Shown one piece after another: positions 18,763 through 29,178 of a DNA stretch of 64,000 nucleotides. A model generated the notes under the pieces. That model made no database searches, was not told where the DNA came from, and worked only from the letters and a program-made list of their open reading frames with translations. A program made the translations under genes and the position numbers. The DNA lies in assembly GCA_964360815.1 (NCBI GenBank), contig CAYHYA010000001.1:5574-69573 (forward strand). The letters run 5' to 3'. The first letter of the stretch is position 1; every line of letters starts with the position of its first letter. Origin of the DNA: an uncultured Candidatus Saccharibacteria bacterium (lineage in GTDB: Bacteria > Patescibacteriota > Minisyncoccia > Phycocordibacterales > JACOZG01).

Positions 18763-20063
18763 CTTAAGCGTTTGGCCAGTTCATTAATTGGCACTCGTTC
18801 TTGTTTTCCGGTGTCGCGATCGCGCAGGGTCACCGTGTCGTCATCGAGGGTTTGAAAATCAATGGTGAGACAGGCCGGAGTACCAATCTCGTCCTGACGG
18901 CGATAGCGCTTGCCGATGTTGCCATGGTCGTCCCAAGCAAGCGCCGGTTGTTCTCTTTTAAGGGCGGTGTAAACGGTTCGGGCTTTGGCCACCAACTCCG
19001 GCTTATTTTTCAAAAGCGGAAAGACGGCCGCTCGAACCGGCGCGAGGCGCGCCGGCAAACGGAGAAACGTTCGCGGTTCGCCCCCCAACTCATCTTCGGT
19101 ATAGGCGCTGACGAGCACGGCTAAAATGGCGCGGCCGACCCCAAGCGAGGGTTCGATCACGTGCGGCACAATCTTTTCGTTGGTTTCTTGATTTAAAAAA
19201 GAGAGGTCAACACCACTCGAAGTCATGTGGCTTTTCAAGTCGTGATCAGTGCGATAGGCCAAGCCAAATAATTCTTTCTGGCCAAATGGAAACTCAAACT
19301 CGAAATCAACCGTTCGCTTGGAGTAATGGGCGCGATCGCCGTCGGTAATTTCTAGCTCGTGGATTTTTTTTGGATCAATTCCCACCGCCTCAATAAAACG
19401 CCAGATCTCCTTTTGCCACATCTCGAACGCGCCGCGCCAATCTTCCGGTTTAACGAAATATTCCACCTCCATTTGTTCCAGCTCGCGAACTCGAAACAGG
19501 AAATCGCGAGGCGCGATTTCATTTCTAAAGGCCTTGCCGATCTGGGCGATACCGAAAGGTAATTCCGGATGAAACGAGTCGACGATATTTTTAAAATTAG
19601 TAAAAATCCCCTGCGCCGTTTCCGGACGAAGATAGGCCAAAGAAGATTCGTCTCGGGTGGCACCGAGATTCGTTTCCAACATCAAATAGAACTGTCTCGC
19701 TTCACCCAACTTCCCACCACAGTCCGGACATTTTTCCGAGTCGGTTAAATGGTCGGTGCGAAAACGTCGTTGGCACTTTTCGCATTCAGAAAGCCGGTCG
19801 GCAAAACCGCGAGCGTGGCCACTGGCTTGGAGAACCTCCTGCTTAGTGACGATCGCCGAATCAAGACCATACATTTCCTCTCGGTCGGTGACAAACTGCT
19901 TCCACCACAATTGGGTTAGGTTGTTTTTGAGCGAAAGTCCATATGGTCCGTAGTCAAAAAAACCGGCCAGCCCACCGTAGATATCCGCGCTCGGATAGAT
20001 AAACCCGCGCCGTTTACACAGCGAGACTATTTTTTCCAATAATGACTGGTCAGAAGTAATCAT
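18759..20063 (-). CDS. glyQS: Glycine--tRNA ligase (alpha2 type)
   Basis: CKRRGFIYP..DIYGG, YLRPETAQGIF, FRNEI, GNIGKRYRRQDEIGTP. Confidence 0.96.
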   Translation of the reverse strand: MITSDQSLLEKIVSLCKRRGFIYPSADIYGGLAGFFDYGPYGLSLKNNLTQLWWKQFVTDREEMYGLDSAIVTKQEVLQASGHARGFADRLSECEKCQRRFRTDHLTDSEKCPDCGGKLGEARQFYLMLETNLGATRDESSLAYLRPETAQGIFTNFKNIVDSFHPELPFGIAQIGKAFRNEIAPRDFLFRVRELEQMEVEYFVKPEDWRGAFEMWQKEIWRFIEAVGIDPKKIHELEITDGDRAHYSKRTVDFEFEFPFGQKELFGLAYRTDHDLKSHMTSSGVDLSFLNQETNEKIVPHVIEPSLGVGRAILAVLVSAYTEDELGGEPRTFLRLPARLAPVRAAVFPLLKNKPELVAKARTVYTALKREQPALAWDDHGNIGKRYRRQDEIGTPACLTIDFQTLDDDTVTLRDRDTGKQERVPINELAKRLS

Positions 20064-21997
20064 GGGGCCACACGGTCGTCACCGAAATTAAATTCCGGAT
20101 CGTTTAATAATTTGGTGTCGAGCGCCCGGCGCTCGTAATTAAGAACCTGTCCGGTGTAGCCGTCAATACCCGTAAGCGTTGAGGCCGTAACCAGAACCGG
20201 CGCCTGACTGATCTGACTAACGCTCGGTTTCAGGGCTACCTGAAAAGCCAGTTCGCGGGCGGCCGACGACACACCTCGACCGGCCTCGACGGTCTCGAGA
20301 TCCCAAGTCACCTCGCCGGTAGCTTCGTTGAAACTGACTTTTTCTGTGGTTGGACTGATTAGGCCAAGCCAACGAACGTAGGTTGGTAGGGTCGCCTTAA
20401 CCGTGGCCTCGTGAACAGCATTCGAAGAATTGACCACCGACCAAACAATGGCATAGCTCGTTTCTAGGCCCACGCGTGGCGGCAACGGGCCGGTATTCAC
20501 AAACGGGCCGTTCCGACGTAAGACCTCGGCGGCCAGTTGGAAAACCGAATTAACTTTGATCCGTTGATTGATGCTTGAGTCCACCGGCTCGTCCGGCAAA
20601 CCGGTGGCGATTTGTCGGCCGGTAAAGCGAAAGGAAAAATTGATGTTAGGATTTTCTATAATTGATCGTTGGTTGTCATTACCAATTAACGGTTTAGTGG
20701 AAAAGGTGAAGCTCGCTTGACCGGTGGCTCCCGGTGCTAGTCGTGCTAACGCTGATTTAGTCCCGCGATGCCAAACGATTTTGTCTTCCGACGACTGATA
20801 AAAACCGTCAGCGACATTCACCGAGCGTTCGTCGAGTACGGCACCATCAATTAAAACCTCGATGCGCCCATCAATAATTTCGGTTGGCAGATTGTTGACC
20901 CAGGATAAATCGAGCCGCAACAAGTCGCCACTCGAAGTCGTTCGGTCGCCGCTTGCCGCTTGACCGTTAACCGTTACCGCCAAACCAACTTGCGGTCGTT
21001 TGATCGTCACCGGTTGAAACAATTCATCGTAAACCAGGTCAAGTTCCTCTTCCGTGGCACCGGTTTTAACCGAGCCGACAGAAAAGCGAAAAGACTTTGA
21101 ATCGTCCTGCTGACCATCAAGCGCGCCAACGAGCACAATTTTCTTTTGGCCGCCGGCCAGTAATTCTCCGAGGCGCCAAAAATTGTGGTTGGCCGCCGGC
21201 GCGGGTGTGGCGTTTTTGAAAGTAAAGCCCGGCGGGTAATCGGCTCGCAAAGCGAGATCTTTGACCGGGGAAGTTGAGTTGGCCAAAACTTCAAGCGTCA
21301 ACGTTAAGGGTTGACCGGCATTGACCTCGGCTGGCGAATCGATCGCCAAGGAAACCGGCGAATCAGTAATCAGATAGCGATACAGAAAAACCTTGTCGAA
21401 AATGGCGTTGGAATCAGCCAGACGATATTCGGCGGTAACTTTTATTTCTTGTTCGGCTTCTTTCTCACCAAAAACCACGGCTCGAATATCTTGACTAATC
21501 ACCGCCCCGGGTTTGATCGTGCCGAGCGCCCAACGCTCGCGAGTTAAAACTTTGGCTAGGTCGGTCGCCGCGCGCGTCCCGGCCGGATATTCCACCACCA
21601 AATCAACCGCCTGAAGAGCGGCGGTGTTGTGATTGCTGACCAAAATTTGTAACGACAGAGTTTCACCTGCGGCCACGGTTTTTTCGCCGGCGACGGTCAG
21701 ATCAACATTGGCTGAAGAGACCACGTTGCTGCCATGATAAAAAATGTAAGTTGCCGTCCCCACCGAACCAAGAAAGAACGCTAGCGCGATCAAGAAAATA
21801 AGGCGGAGAAAAAATGAGCGACGGGGAGGCGAAATGCTTTCTGCTTGTGGTGAAGACTGATCGCTCGACCAATCCGGGACAGCGGTGTCGGCCCGGCTAG
21901 ACGACAGGGCTGATCGCCGAAGCGGCACTGGTTTGTCGCCCAGAGCATACAGTTTACGCTTAAAGCGCTCGATTCTTTCTTCGCCCCCGTTTAGCAT
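20060..21997 (-). CDS. Membrane-anchored multi-Ig-like (DUF11-like) protein
   Basis: Single N-terminal TM followed by beta-rich repeats; NTGPLPPRVG.ET.Y.I.W. Confidence 0.6.
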   Translation of the reverse strand: MLNGGEERIERFKRKLYALGDKPVPLRRSALSSSRADTAVPDWSSDQSSPQAESISPPRRSFFLRLIFLIALAFFLGSVGTATYIFYHGSNVVSSANVDLTVAGEKTVAAGETLSLQILVSNHNTAALQAVDLVVEYPAGTRAATDLAKVLTRERWALGTIKPGAVISQDIRAVVFGEKEAEQEIKVTAEYRLADSNAIFDKVFLYRYLITDSPVSLAIDSPAEVNAGQPLTLTLEVLANSTSPVKDLALRADYPPGFTFKNATPAPAANHNFWRLGELLAGGQKKIVLVGALDGQQDDSKSFRFSVGSVKTGATEEELDLVYDELFQPVTIKRPQVGLAVTVNGQAASGDRTTSSGDLLRLDLSWVNNLPTEIIDGRIEVLIDGAVLDERSVNVADGFYQSSEDKIVWHRGTKSALARLAPGATGQASFTFSTKPLIGNDNQRSIIENPNINFSFRFTGRQIATGLPDEPVDSSINQRIKVNSVFQLAAEVLRRNGPFVNTGPLPPRVGLETSYAIVWSVVNSSNAVHEATVKATLPTYVRWLGLISPTTEKVSFNEATGEVTWDLETVEAGRGVSSAARELAFQVALKPSVSQISQAPVLVTASTLTGIDGYTGQVLNYERRALDTKLLNDPEFNFGDDRVAP

Positions 21998-22024
21998 TTG
22001 ACGTATTATATCACAGCCCTCGAC

Positions 22025-22618
22025 CTAAAGATGGCTATGATAAAGCGCTTGTTCAATCAGCTTCGCCGTCAGTTGACGATGTGGAGTAAATTTCGCGAGC
22101 GCCAACTTCGACCAAGCGGTTGGTGGAACGAATGAATCAAGCTGTTTCGCCCCGGGCCAATAACCAAGAACTCCGAGCAGGCGCAGGGTAGCGACAAGTT
22201 CGTAATTTAAAACATCCTCCGGCGATAACTGTTGCTTGGTTAAAAAAACTAAGGCCTGTTCTAATTCCCGATAAACCCTCGGTCGTCGCCCCTCGGCGAC
22301 CACCAACCGGCCAAGCAAGTTAAGTAGGGCGACAAACTTAACGTGACGTTCCCGAACTAGTCCGGAGGCGTTCAAGAAAAATTCGTCCGGCTCGGCATGA
22401 ATTAGCCGCCAACCCATTCGACCGGCGACCAAACCCAGACGAACCGGTCCAAGATACTGAAGGGTGTAACGCAGTTTTGATTTCAATTCCCGAACACTAA
22501 CCGCGAGGGCCGTGACCCGACCAAGACGACTAGTGAATAAATCAAACAATTGATTCGACTCACCCACCGCGCGGCGGTTCAAAATAAAACCCTCGGTTTG
22601 ATAGAGGTGGCGAGACAA
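22025..22618 (-). CDS. recO: DNA repair protein RecO
   Basis: YQTEGFIL....GESN....LFT..LG.V.A.A..VR..KSKLR..LQ. Confidence 0.8.
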   Translation of the reverse strand: MSRHLYQTEGFILNRRAVGESNQLFDLFTSRLGRVTALAVSVRELKSKLRYTLQYLGPVRLGLVAGRMGWRLIHAEPDEFFLNASGLVRERHVKFVALLNLLGRLVVAEGRRPRVYRELEQALVFLTKQQLSPEDVLNYELVATLRLLGVLGYWPGAKQLDSFVPPTAWSKLALAKFTPHRQLTAKLIEQALYHSHL

Positions 22619-22622
22619 GTTA

Positions 22623-25600
22623 TTAGGTCGGCTTGATGATTTCTAAATCGAAAACCGGCGTGGCGGTCGTTTCCGCTGTTTCCTTGTCGGCCCGAACAAT
22701 TTCGATCTTCGAAAGCGTGGCCGTTTGCCAAAGAAATGACTCGGCGGCCTTGATCAGTTTTTCGCCCGAAGTACTCGTCGTCACTCGCAAGCTAGCCAAC
22801 TCGCCAGCCAGTAATCCAGATTTTTTTCGCTGATCCTGAATCTGTCGAACGAGTTCTCGTAAATCGCCCTCGAACTTTAGTTCTGGTGTGAGGGTGGTGT
22901 CTAGCTCAACCGTCGCCGCCAAATCATTTTGCCAAACCACTTCCTTAACATTAACTTCATCTTTGATTAAACTGATTAGCTCGTCGGTCAAATCGGGAGT
23001 GACTCCCCTGACGGCCAATCGAGCCAACGGTTGCCTGATCTTTATTCCGGCTTTAACCCGCGCCTCAAGAGCCAAAGATGCTAACTGACGAACCTGTGCC
23101 ATGTCGTTCAAAAGTTTTTCGTTCGCTGTTTCGCCAACAGTGGTTGTTTTATTTTTTTCGAGATTAGGCCAATCGGTTAGATGGACGCTGGTTGGGTCAG
23201 TGGGGTAACGAAGTTTCTGGTAAATTTGTTCGGCGAGAAACGGCGTCAAGGGAGCGAGTAAACGAGACAGTCGTTTAAGAATCTGCCCGAGCGCGAGCGA
23301 AGCGTGTTGGCGCTCGGCCGGTGAGCCAACGCGGAAACGATCTCGTGACCGCCGCAAATACCACTGCGACAGATCAGCCACAAACTCACGCAAGGCGCGA
23401 GCGGCGGCGGTGATCTCGTAACGTTCGAGTCCCCGCGTGACTTCAACCGTTAAACGATCCAGCAACAAATTAATCCACCGATCGAGCACCGGGGTTGCCG
23501 CCCGATCGGGCGGCTTGACGGTTTCAAGTTCAAGGTCAACTGGATAAAGTTCGTAGAAAGATAAGACGTTGGTGATTGGGTTTATAAATTTCTTAACCAC
23601 CTCAAAAACGGTTTGCTCGTCGAAGTTCTTCGACTCGCCGGGTTGATTGATGCTATACATCCAAAAACGCAAAGCGTCGACACCGTATTTGTCTATCATT
23701 AATTGCGGATCGACCACGTTGCCGACCGACTTAGACATTTTCTTACCGGCCGCGTCCAAAATGTGCCCCAGGCAAACGACGTTTTTGTATGGCGTTCCGC
23801 GGTCAAGAATCACGCCAATCGCGAGCAGGGTGTAAAACCAGCCACGAGTTTGATCAATGGCTTCGGCAATGTAATCGGCCGGATAAAGAATTTTGTCGGG
23901 GGTAGAAATTTGGGAAGCGAGCGGCATGGCGCCGGAATCAAACCAAACGTCCAGCACCTCGGGCACTCGTTTAAGCACTTGGCCACTTTCACTAACCAGT
24001 TCGAGCTCGTCAATAAACGGCCGGTGCAGATCAAGTTCATAGTCGGCGTTGTGCGGGAGTGGGACAAAGGGAATTTCTTTCACCTCGGCATTATTCAACC
24101 ATAAATCTCTCGAGATCTGCCCACTTCTCTCGTCATCGGCTCCTTCTGTCACCATCATGAGGGACTCGTAGGTGATCGCATGACCAACAATCAGGATTAC
24201 TTCGTTGGCGTGTTTTTTCTCTAAATCATAAATAAAACTACCGAAACGCCGCTTGGCCTCTTTTAAACTTTCTCCGTCGGAAGGAATAGCGGTGAAATAA
24301 TCGGGTACACCAACTGACCAATTATTAAATTCCGAGCTTGGTTTATCGCTATAAATTCCGAAATCATATTCCCGCAAACGGTTATCAAAAATAATTTCGG
24401 TCGGATTAAATTTAAGCTCTCTTACTACCAAATCAGCCGTTTCGCGACAGCGCACCAGCGGCGAAGAAAAAATTTTCGTGACACCGAGTTTACGTAATTG
24501 ATCAACACTTGCTACGACCTGCTTTTTCCCTGTCTCGGTTAGGTGGTAAAGAACGTGCTCGTTGTTTGTGAATAAGTCTTTTACCTGATGCTCACCTTCC
24601 CCATGACGCATGACCAAATACCGATTGCCCGAACGTTTCGTGTGGGCTTTAAGTTCGGCGAGTGATCCAATCACCACCCTTTCTTGACCATCAGTCGATT
24701 GCCAAACCGGTAAAGGCGTCCCCCAATAGCGTTCGCGTGAAATCGCCCAATCTTTAACCTCCGTTAACCACTCGCCAAAGCGGCCATTTTTTATATGTTC
24801 CGGCACCCAATTAATTTTTTGATTTTCGGACAACAATTTTTCTTTGAGGGCCGACATCTTGAGGTACCAGGAATCGCGAGCGTAGTAGATCAGCGGGGTT
24901 TTACAACGCCAACAAAAAGGATAGGTGTGGACGATGGACTCGGCTTGGAAAAGTTTCTGCTGGTGCTTTAGTTCGGTGACGATAAGTGGGCTAGCATCAT
25001 TAACCAATTGGCCAGCCCACAATTTGACCTCCGGCTTAAAACGTCCGTCTTCGGCCACCAGATGATATTTCGGCAAACCAACCGCCGTGCCGAGCGCGAA
25101 ATCATCCACACCATACATCACCGCCGTATGGACAATCCCGGTCCCCTCCTCGGCCGACACGAAGTCGGCCGGATAAATTTGGAAGGCGTTGGGCAATTTA
25201 TTTTTTTCGGCGGGCGGCAAATTATCGGCCAGAGACGAGAAAAGAGGGTGGTATTTCTGGCCAACCAATTCTCGACCAGGAACCGTCGAAATAACTCTAA
25301 CCGTTTCGGTGGTAAATAATTTAGAAACAAGACTGGCGAGTAAAATATATTTGCTGTTCGCCGCCTGAACCAGCGCGTATTCCAAATTCGGATTAACCGC
25401 CAAAGCGACGTTGCCGGGCAGAGTCCACGGCGTTGTGGTCCAAGCCAAAAAATAAGTCCCCGGGTCGTTGACCAATTCAAACTTAACGTAAACCGCCGTT
25501 GCCGTGACTTCGGTATAACCCTGGGCCAACTCGTGACTCGAAAGCGCCGTCCCGCAACGCGGACACCACGGAACCACTTTGTAATCTTGATAGAGCAGGC

Positions 25601-26123
25601 CGCGGTCGGCCGCGTGTTTAATGATGCTCCAAACCGACTCGATGTATCTCGGTTCATAGGTGACGTAGGGATGATCTTGGTCAATCCAAAAACCGATTCG
25701 TTCGGTAAATTGCCGCCAGTCGGTTAAATATTTCCAAACGCTGTCGCGACAACGCTGGTTGAAGGCGACGAGACCATACTGTTCAATCTCTTTTTTTGAT
25801 TTCAGGCCAAGCTGTTTTTCGACTTCGAGTTCAACCGGCAAACCGTGCGTGTCCCAACCGGCGCGCCGCGCCACCCGATAACCCTGCATCGTGCGAAAGC
25901 GCGGAATAATATCTTTGAACGCCCGGGCTTCGATGTGGTGGATCCCGGGCCGACCATTGGCCGTCGGCGGCCCTTCATAGAAAACGAAGTCACCCCGCGG
26001 CGCGGATTTTGTCAGTGACTGTTCAAAGATTTTATTCTCCCGCCAAAACTGAAGAATGGCTTCTTCTTTTTTAGCTAAATCTGATGGTTCGTTATTTTTT
26101 GGTTCGATCATTAACGAACGCAT
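22623..26123 (-). CDS. ileS: Isoleucine--tRNA ligase with an inserted histidine-phosphatase domain
   Basis: EGPPTANG.PGIHH, GWDTHGLPVE, WTTTPWTLP, DWAISRERYWG, KMSKS; RHG domain at ~24065-24630. Confidence 0.95.
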   Translation of the reverse strand: MRSLMIEPKNNEPSDLAKKEEAILQFWRENKIFEQSLTKSAPRGDFVFYEGPPTANGRPGIHHIEARAFKDIIPRFRTMQGYRVARRAGWDTHGLPVELEVEKQLGLKSKKEIEQYGLVAFNQRCRDSVWKYLTDWRQFTERIGFWIDQDHPYVTYEPRYIESVWSIIKHAADRGLLYQDYKVVPWCPRCGTALSSHELAQGYTEVTATAVYVKFELVNDPGTYFLAWTTTPWTLPGNVALAVNPNLEYALVQAANSKYILLASLVSKLFTTETVRVISTVPGRELVGQKYHPLFSSLADNLPPAEKNKLPNAFQIYPADFVSAEEGTGIVHTAVMYGVDDFALGTAVGLPKYHLVAEDGRFKPEVKLWAGQLVNDASPLIVTELKHQQKLFQAESIVHTYPFCWRCKTPLIYYARDSWYLKMSALKEKLLSENQKINWVPEHIKNGRFGEWLTEVKDWAISRERYWGTPLPVWQSTDGQERVVIGSLAELKAHTKRSGNRYLVMRHGEGEHQVKDLFTNNEHVLYHLTETGKKQVVASVDQLRKLGVTKIFSSPLVRCRETADLVVRELKFNPTEIIFDNRLREYDFGIYSDKPSSEFNNWSVGVPDYFTAIPSDGESLKEAKRRFGSFIYDLEKKHANEVILIVGHAITYESLMMVTEGADDERSGQISRDLWLNNAEVKEIPFVPLPHNADYELDLHRPFIDELELVSESGQVLKRVPEVLDVWFDSGAMPLASQISTPDKILYPADYIAEAIDQTRGWFYTLLAIGVILDRGTPYKNVVCLGHILDAAGKKMSKSVGNVVDPQLMIDKYGVDALRFWMYSINQPGESKNFDEQTVFEVVKKFINPITNVLSFYELYPVDLELETVKPPDRAATPVLDRWINLLLDRLTVEVTRGLERYEITAAARALREFVADLSQWYLRRSRDRFRVGSPAERQHASLALGQILKRLSRLLAPLTPFLAEQIYQKLRYPTDPTSVHLTDWPNLEKNKTTTVGETANEKLLNDMAQVRQLASLALEARVKAGIKIRQPLARLAVRGVTPDLTDELISLIKDEVNVKEVVWQNDLAATVELDTTLTPELKFEGDLRELVRQIQDQRKKSGLLAGELASLRVTTSTSGEKLIKAAESFLWQTATLSKIEIVRADKETAETTATPVFDLEIIKPT

Positions 26124-26207
26124 GCTAGCATTTTTTTACGCGACAAAAAAGCCCCCGCGTGATGAGACGCGAGGGGCAAAAATCAATCAAGGTTCAACCA
26201 AGGAAGG

Positions 26208-26705
26208 TCAACGTGACAAAAAGGCAAAAGCCACGCGGTTTTGGTCATCGTGATCAAAAGAACCCAAGGACACGGTCATTGACTCTGCGCCCTCTCTTCC
26301 GTCAATCACTAAAAGATGGAGCGGGTTTTCGTTCACGACGACGATCCGAGATAGACCGCATTTCAACAAACTTTCGTTAGAAATTTCCAGACGGAGATAG
26401 CAAGCGGCCTCAAGCGGTAAGGGCTTTCTGTTCTTTTGATTTTTCGTCAAAAGAATAACGTCGTCAAAAGAAAAAGATTCTTTGGGTAAACTCAAACCGC
26501 AAGCCGTTACAATGTCTACCGCATATCCGACCCCGTTTGTTGGACAAAAATCTTCCGACCGAAGAACGCGGAGCACATCGCCACTCAACGTAAAACCATT
26601 CTCATTGAGATACTTGAGCAACCCTTCCCCAGTAATTCCCCTTGACCGAATACTGTAACCAAATATTTCTGAGCGACGGTAATCATATCGTTGTTTCTCC
26701 CCCAC
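26208..26705 (-). CDS. Hypothetical protein resembling CPR DGR variable-protein families
   Basis: G.TGE.....L...GF......VLRSEDF.PTNGV...EAACYLR..IS...L...GL..IVV, ending AFAF; AGGAGGTG SD; downstream hairpin at 26150-26178. Confidence 0.55.
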   Translation of the reverse strand: MGEKQRYDYRRSEIFGYSIRSRGITGEGLLKYLNENGFTLSGDVLRVLRSEDFCPTNGVGYAVDIVTACGLSLPKESFSFDDVILLTKNQKNRKPLPLEAACYLRLEISNESLLKCGLSRIVVVNENPLHLLVIDGREGAESMTVSLGSFDHDDQNRVAFAFLSR

Positions 26706-26782
26706 GCGAGATCACCTCCTTTCTTTTTTTAATTAACCAATCCGACCAAATAACTAGCACGAATAGCCAGACGGGTTAATTG

Positions 26783-28474
26783 TTACATCTCCTCGGGAAT
26801 TGGGATGGCCAAAAGACCCAAGCCGTTTTCAAGCACTTGGGCCGTGGCCTCGGTTAAGGCCAAACGGTAAGACGCCCCCGAGTCGGAATCAATAATCTGA
26901 TTTGCGGCGTAGAAAGTGTTGAACACCGAAGCCAGTCCCAACAGATAACTAACAATCTGTTGCGGCGCATAAGTGGCGGCCGCGCGCGCGGCCGTTTCGG
27001 GAAAACGACCAAGCCAACGTTCCAAAATAATTACCGCGTCAGTGGAAGCATTAACAAACGTGGCCGTTAGACCACGCGACGCGGCCTTCTTCAGCACGGC
27101 CCGCGCCCGAACCAGAGTGTATTGCAGATAAGGACCCGAGTCCCCGGCGAGCGACAAGGCGTGATCCGGATCAAAAATAATATCCTGTCCGGGAGCTTGT
27201 TTCAAGATCCAATACTTAATCGCCCCGAGCGCCACTCGTTCCACGGTCTCGCTTCGAATCTTCTCCGCCAAGTCACGTCCAACCATCTTCGCCTTCACCA
27301 GTGTCGCGACCTCCTCGATCAAACCCTCGCCAGTGATCACATTACCGGCTCGTGACGACATTTTACCAGTCGCTAGACGCAACAGGCCATGACTCAAGTG
27401 TTTGGTTTTCGCGCCAACCGCCGGCGCAATCAAGTTTAAAACTTTCAACACCACGGCAAAATAGGCGTTCTGTTCGTTAGCCGTAACGATCAGCGACTGA
27501 TCCAATTCCGGTTCGAGAGTAAACTTTTCAGTATTCAAACCCAAATCCTTTGCTTCGTAAGTCGGCAAACCAAGAGCGTTAATGAAAACCCGCGTATGCA
27601 AACCATCCTTCTCACCACGGAAAATTATTGCGCCGTCCGTGCCTATTTCAAAAACACCTTTCTCGCGCCACCTTTCAACCAATTCTTGACCAAGCGGCGC
27701 GACGACACTTTCCAGAAAATAGTAATCGAACGCGGTGCCAAGTCGATGATAAATTTCTTCGAAATGAGCCAGGCTGACCTTCTTCCCTTGATCGTACAGT
27801 GCGTTGATCGCCTCGTCGCGGCGTTCAAAAATAACTTTATTCAGAGTTTCGATCGCGATTCGGGCGGCGGGATCAGTATCGTAAGCTTGACTACCACGCG
27901 CGTAGGCCTCGCCCCAACCGCGAATGTCCTCCGGCGGCTGCGGCAATAATCTCGCCGCCCAGATGGCTTTGGCCACATGCAGACCAACATCACCCTGATA
28001 ACAGGCCCGTTTAACCTTCGCCCCTTGCCACGACAGAAGTCGTGCGATCGCTTCGCCGATCGCGTTCGACATCAGGTGGCCGATGTGAAATTCCTTAAAC
28101 GGATTCGGGTCGGTGTACTCAACCATTATTTTCTGGTTGGCCAAAGTCGTGCCCCGACCGTAATTAGTTTTTTCCTGAATAACTTTTTTAATTTCTCCGC
28201 TAAAAAAATCTTTGGTTAAACGGAAGTTAATAAACCCCGGGCCGGCCGGCTCGACCGTGGCCACCATAGTGGGTAATGATTTTTTTAGTTCGACGACAAT
28301 CGTTTCGGCCAACGCGCGCGGCGCACGCTGGCCGGCTTGGGCCAAAACTAGAGCCACGTTGCTTGAATAATCGCCGTGACTTAAATCGGCGGTCGGCCCA
28401 AGCCAAAAGTCGGCCACCGCGAGACCGAGCGCGGCAAGAGCTTGATTAACTTGTTGGCGCAAAATTTCTGTCAT
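26783..28474 (-). CDS. argS: Arginine--tRNA ligase
   Basis: HGDYSSN, GPGFINF, EYTDPNPFKEFHIGH, KMSSR, GPYLQY. Confidence 0.96.
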   Translation of the reverse strand: MTEILRQQVNQALAALGLAVADFWLGPTADLSHGDYSSNVALVLAQAGQRAPRALAETIVVELKKSLPTMVATVEPAGPGFINFRLTKDFFSGEIKKVIQEKTNYGRGTTLANQKIMVEYTDPNPFKEFHIGHLMSNAIGEAIARLLSWQGAKVKRACYQGDVGLHVAKAIWAARLLPQPPEDIRGWGEAYARGSQAYDTDPAARIAIETLNKVIFERRDEAINALYDQGKKVSLAHFEEIYHRLGTAFDYYFLESVVAPLGQELVERWREKGVFEIGTDGAIIFRGEKDGLHTRVFINALGLPTYEAKDLGLNTEKFTLEPELDQSLIVTANEQNAYFAVVLKVLNLIAPAVGAKTKHLSHGLLRLATGKMSSRAGNVITGEGLIEEVATLVKAKMVGRDLAEKIRSETVERVALGAIKYWILKQAPGQDIIFDPDHALSLAGDSGPYLQYTLVRARAVLKKAASRGLTATFVNASTDAVIILERWLGRFPETAARAAATYAPQQIVSYLLGLASVFNTFYAANQIIDSDSGASYRLALTEATAQVLENGLGLLAIPIPEEM

Positions 28475-28476
28475 GA

Positions 28477-29178
28477 TTATTTTTTAGACGGTTTTAACAG
28501 TTTCGCCACTCGCCGGTAAACCAATTCGTGAATGACCTCTTTTGGTTTAACCTGATTGTCTTGCTGACACTCAATTTTATACCAATTATTGTAACGTTTA
28601 ATAATACCGGAAGCATTTTTTTGCGATTCGACCAAGTGCTTGAGATTGTCTTCGGCCACATCGCGGCGACCTTCGGCGTAGCGTTTTTTAAAAGCCAATA
28701 ATTTGTTCTTCAATAATTCCTGACTCAAAGCAACCGACAAATGAAGATATAAAATCAGGTCGGGGCGCGGAATTTTAAAAACTTCGTATTCCATTTTTTC
28801 GAGCCAATGGAGAAAAAGTCGGCGATCGGCTTCGTCGGTGATTTTACTTCCCTGGTGAATCTGGTTGGCGCTAACGTAGCGATCGGCCACCACCGTATAG
28901 CCGGCGGCCAACCAGCGGCGGATTTGGCCGCTTGACTCAAAACGGTCGGCGGCATAAAGCACCGAGGCGACATGCGGATCCATTTCGATAAAGTCACCGT
29001 ATTTACCCGAAAGATACTCGCCGAGCAGTTTGCCGAAAAAGTTTTTGTAATAATTAGGAAACTCAACCGCCTTAGCCTTCTTCCCCTCGCGCCGCAAGCG
29101 TTGGACGAGTAGCGCCGCCTGGGTTGCTTTACCCGTACCATCAATCCCGTCAATGACGATAAATTTACCTTTGGCCAT
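28477..29178 (-). CDS. tmk: Thymidylate kinase
   Basis: FIVIDGIDGTGKATQ, LYAADR, ADRY. Confidence 0.9.
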   Translation of the reverse strand: MAKGKFIVIDGIDGTGKATQAALLVQRLRREGKKAKAVEFPNYYKNFFGKLLGEYLSGKYGDFIEMDPHVASVLYAADRFESSGQIRRWLAAGYTVVADRYVSANQIHQGSKITDEADRRLFLHWLEKMEYEVFKIPRPDLILYLHLSVALSQELLKNKLLAFKKRYAEGRRDVAEDNLKHLVESQKNASGIIKRYNNWYKIECQQDNQVKPKEVIHELVYRRVAKLLKPSKK

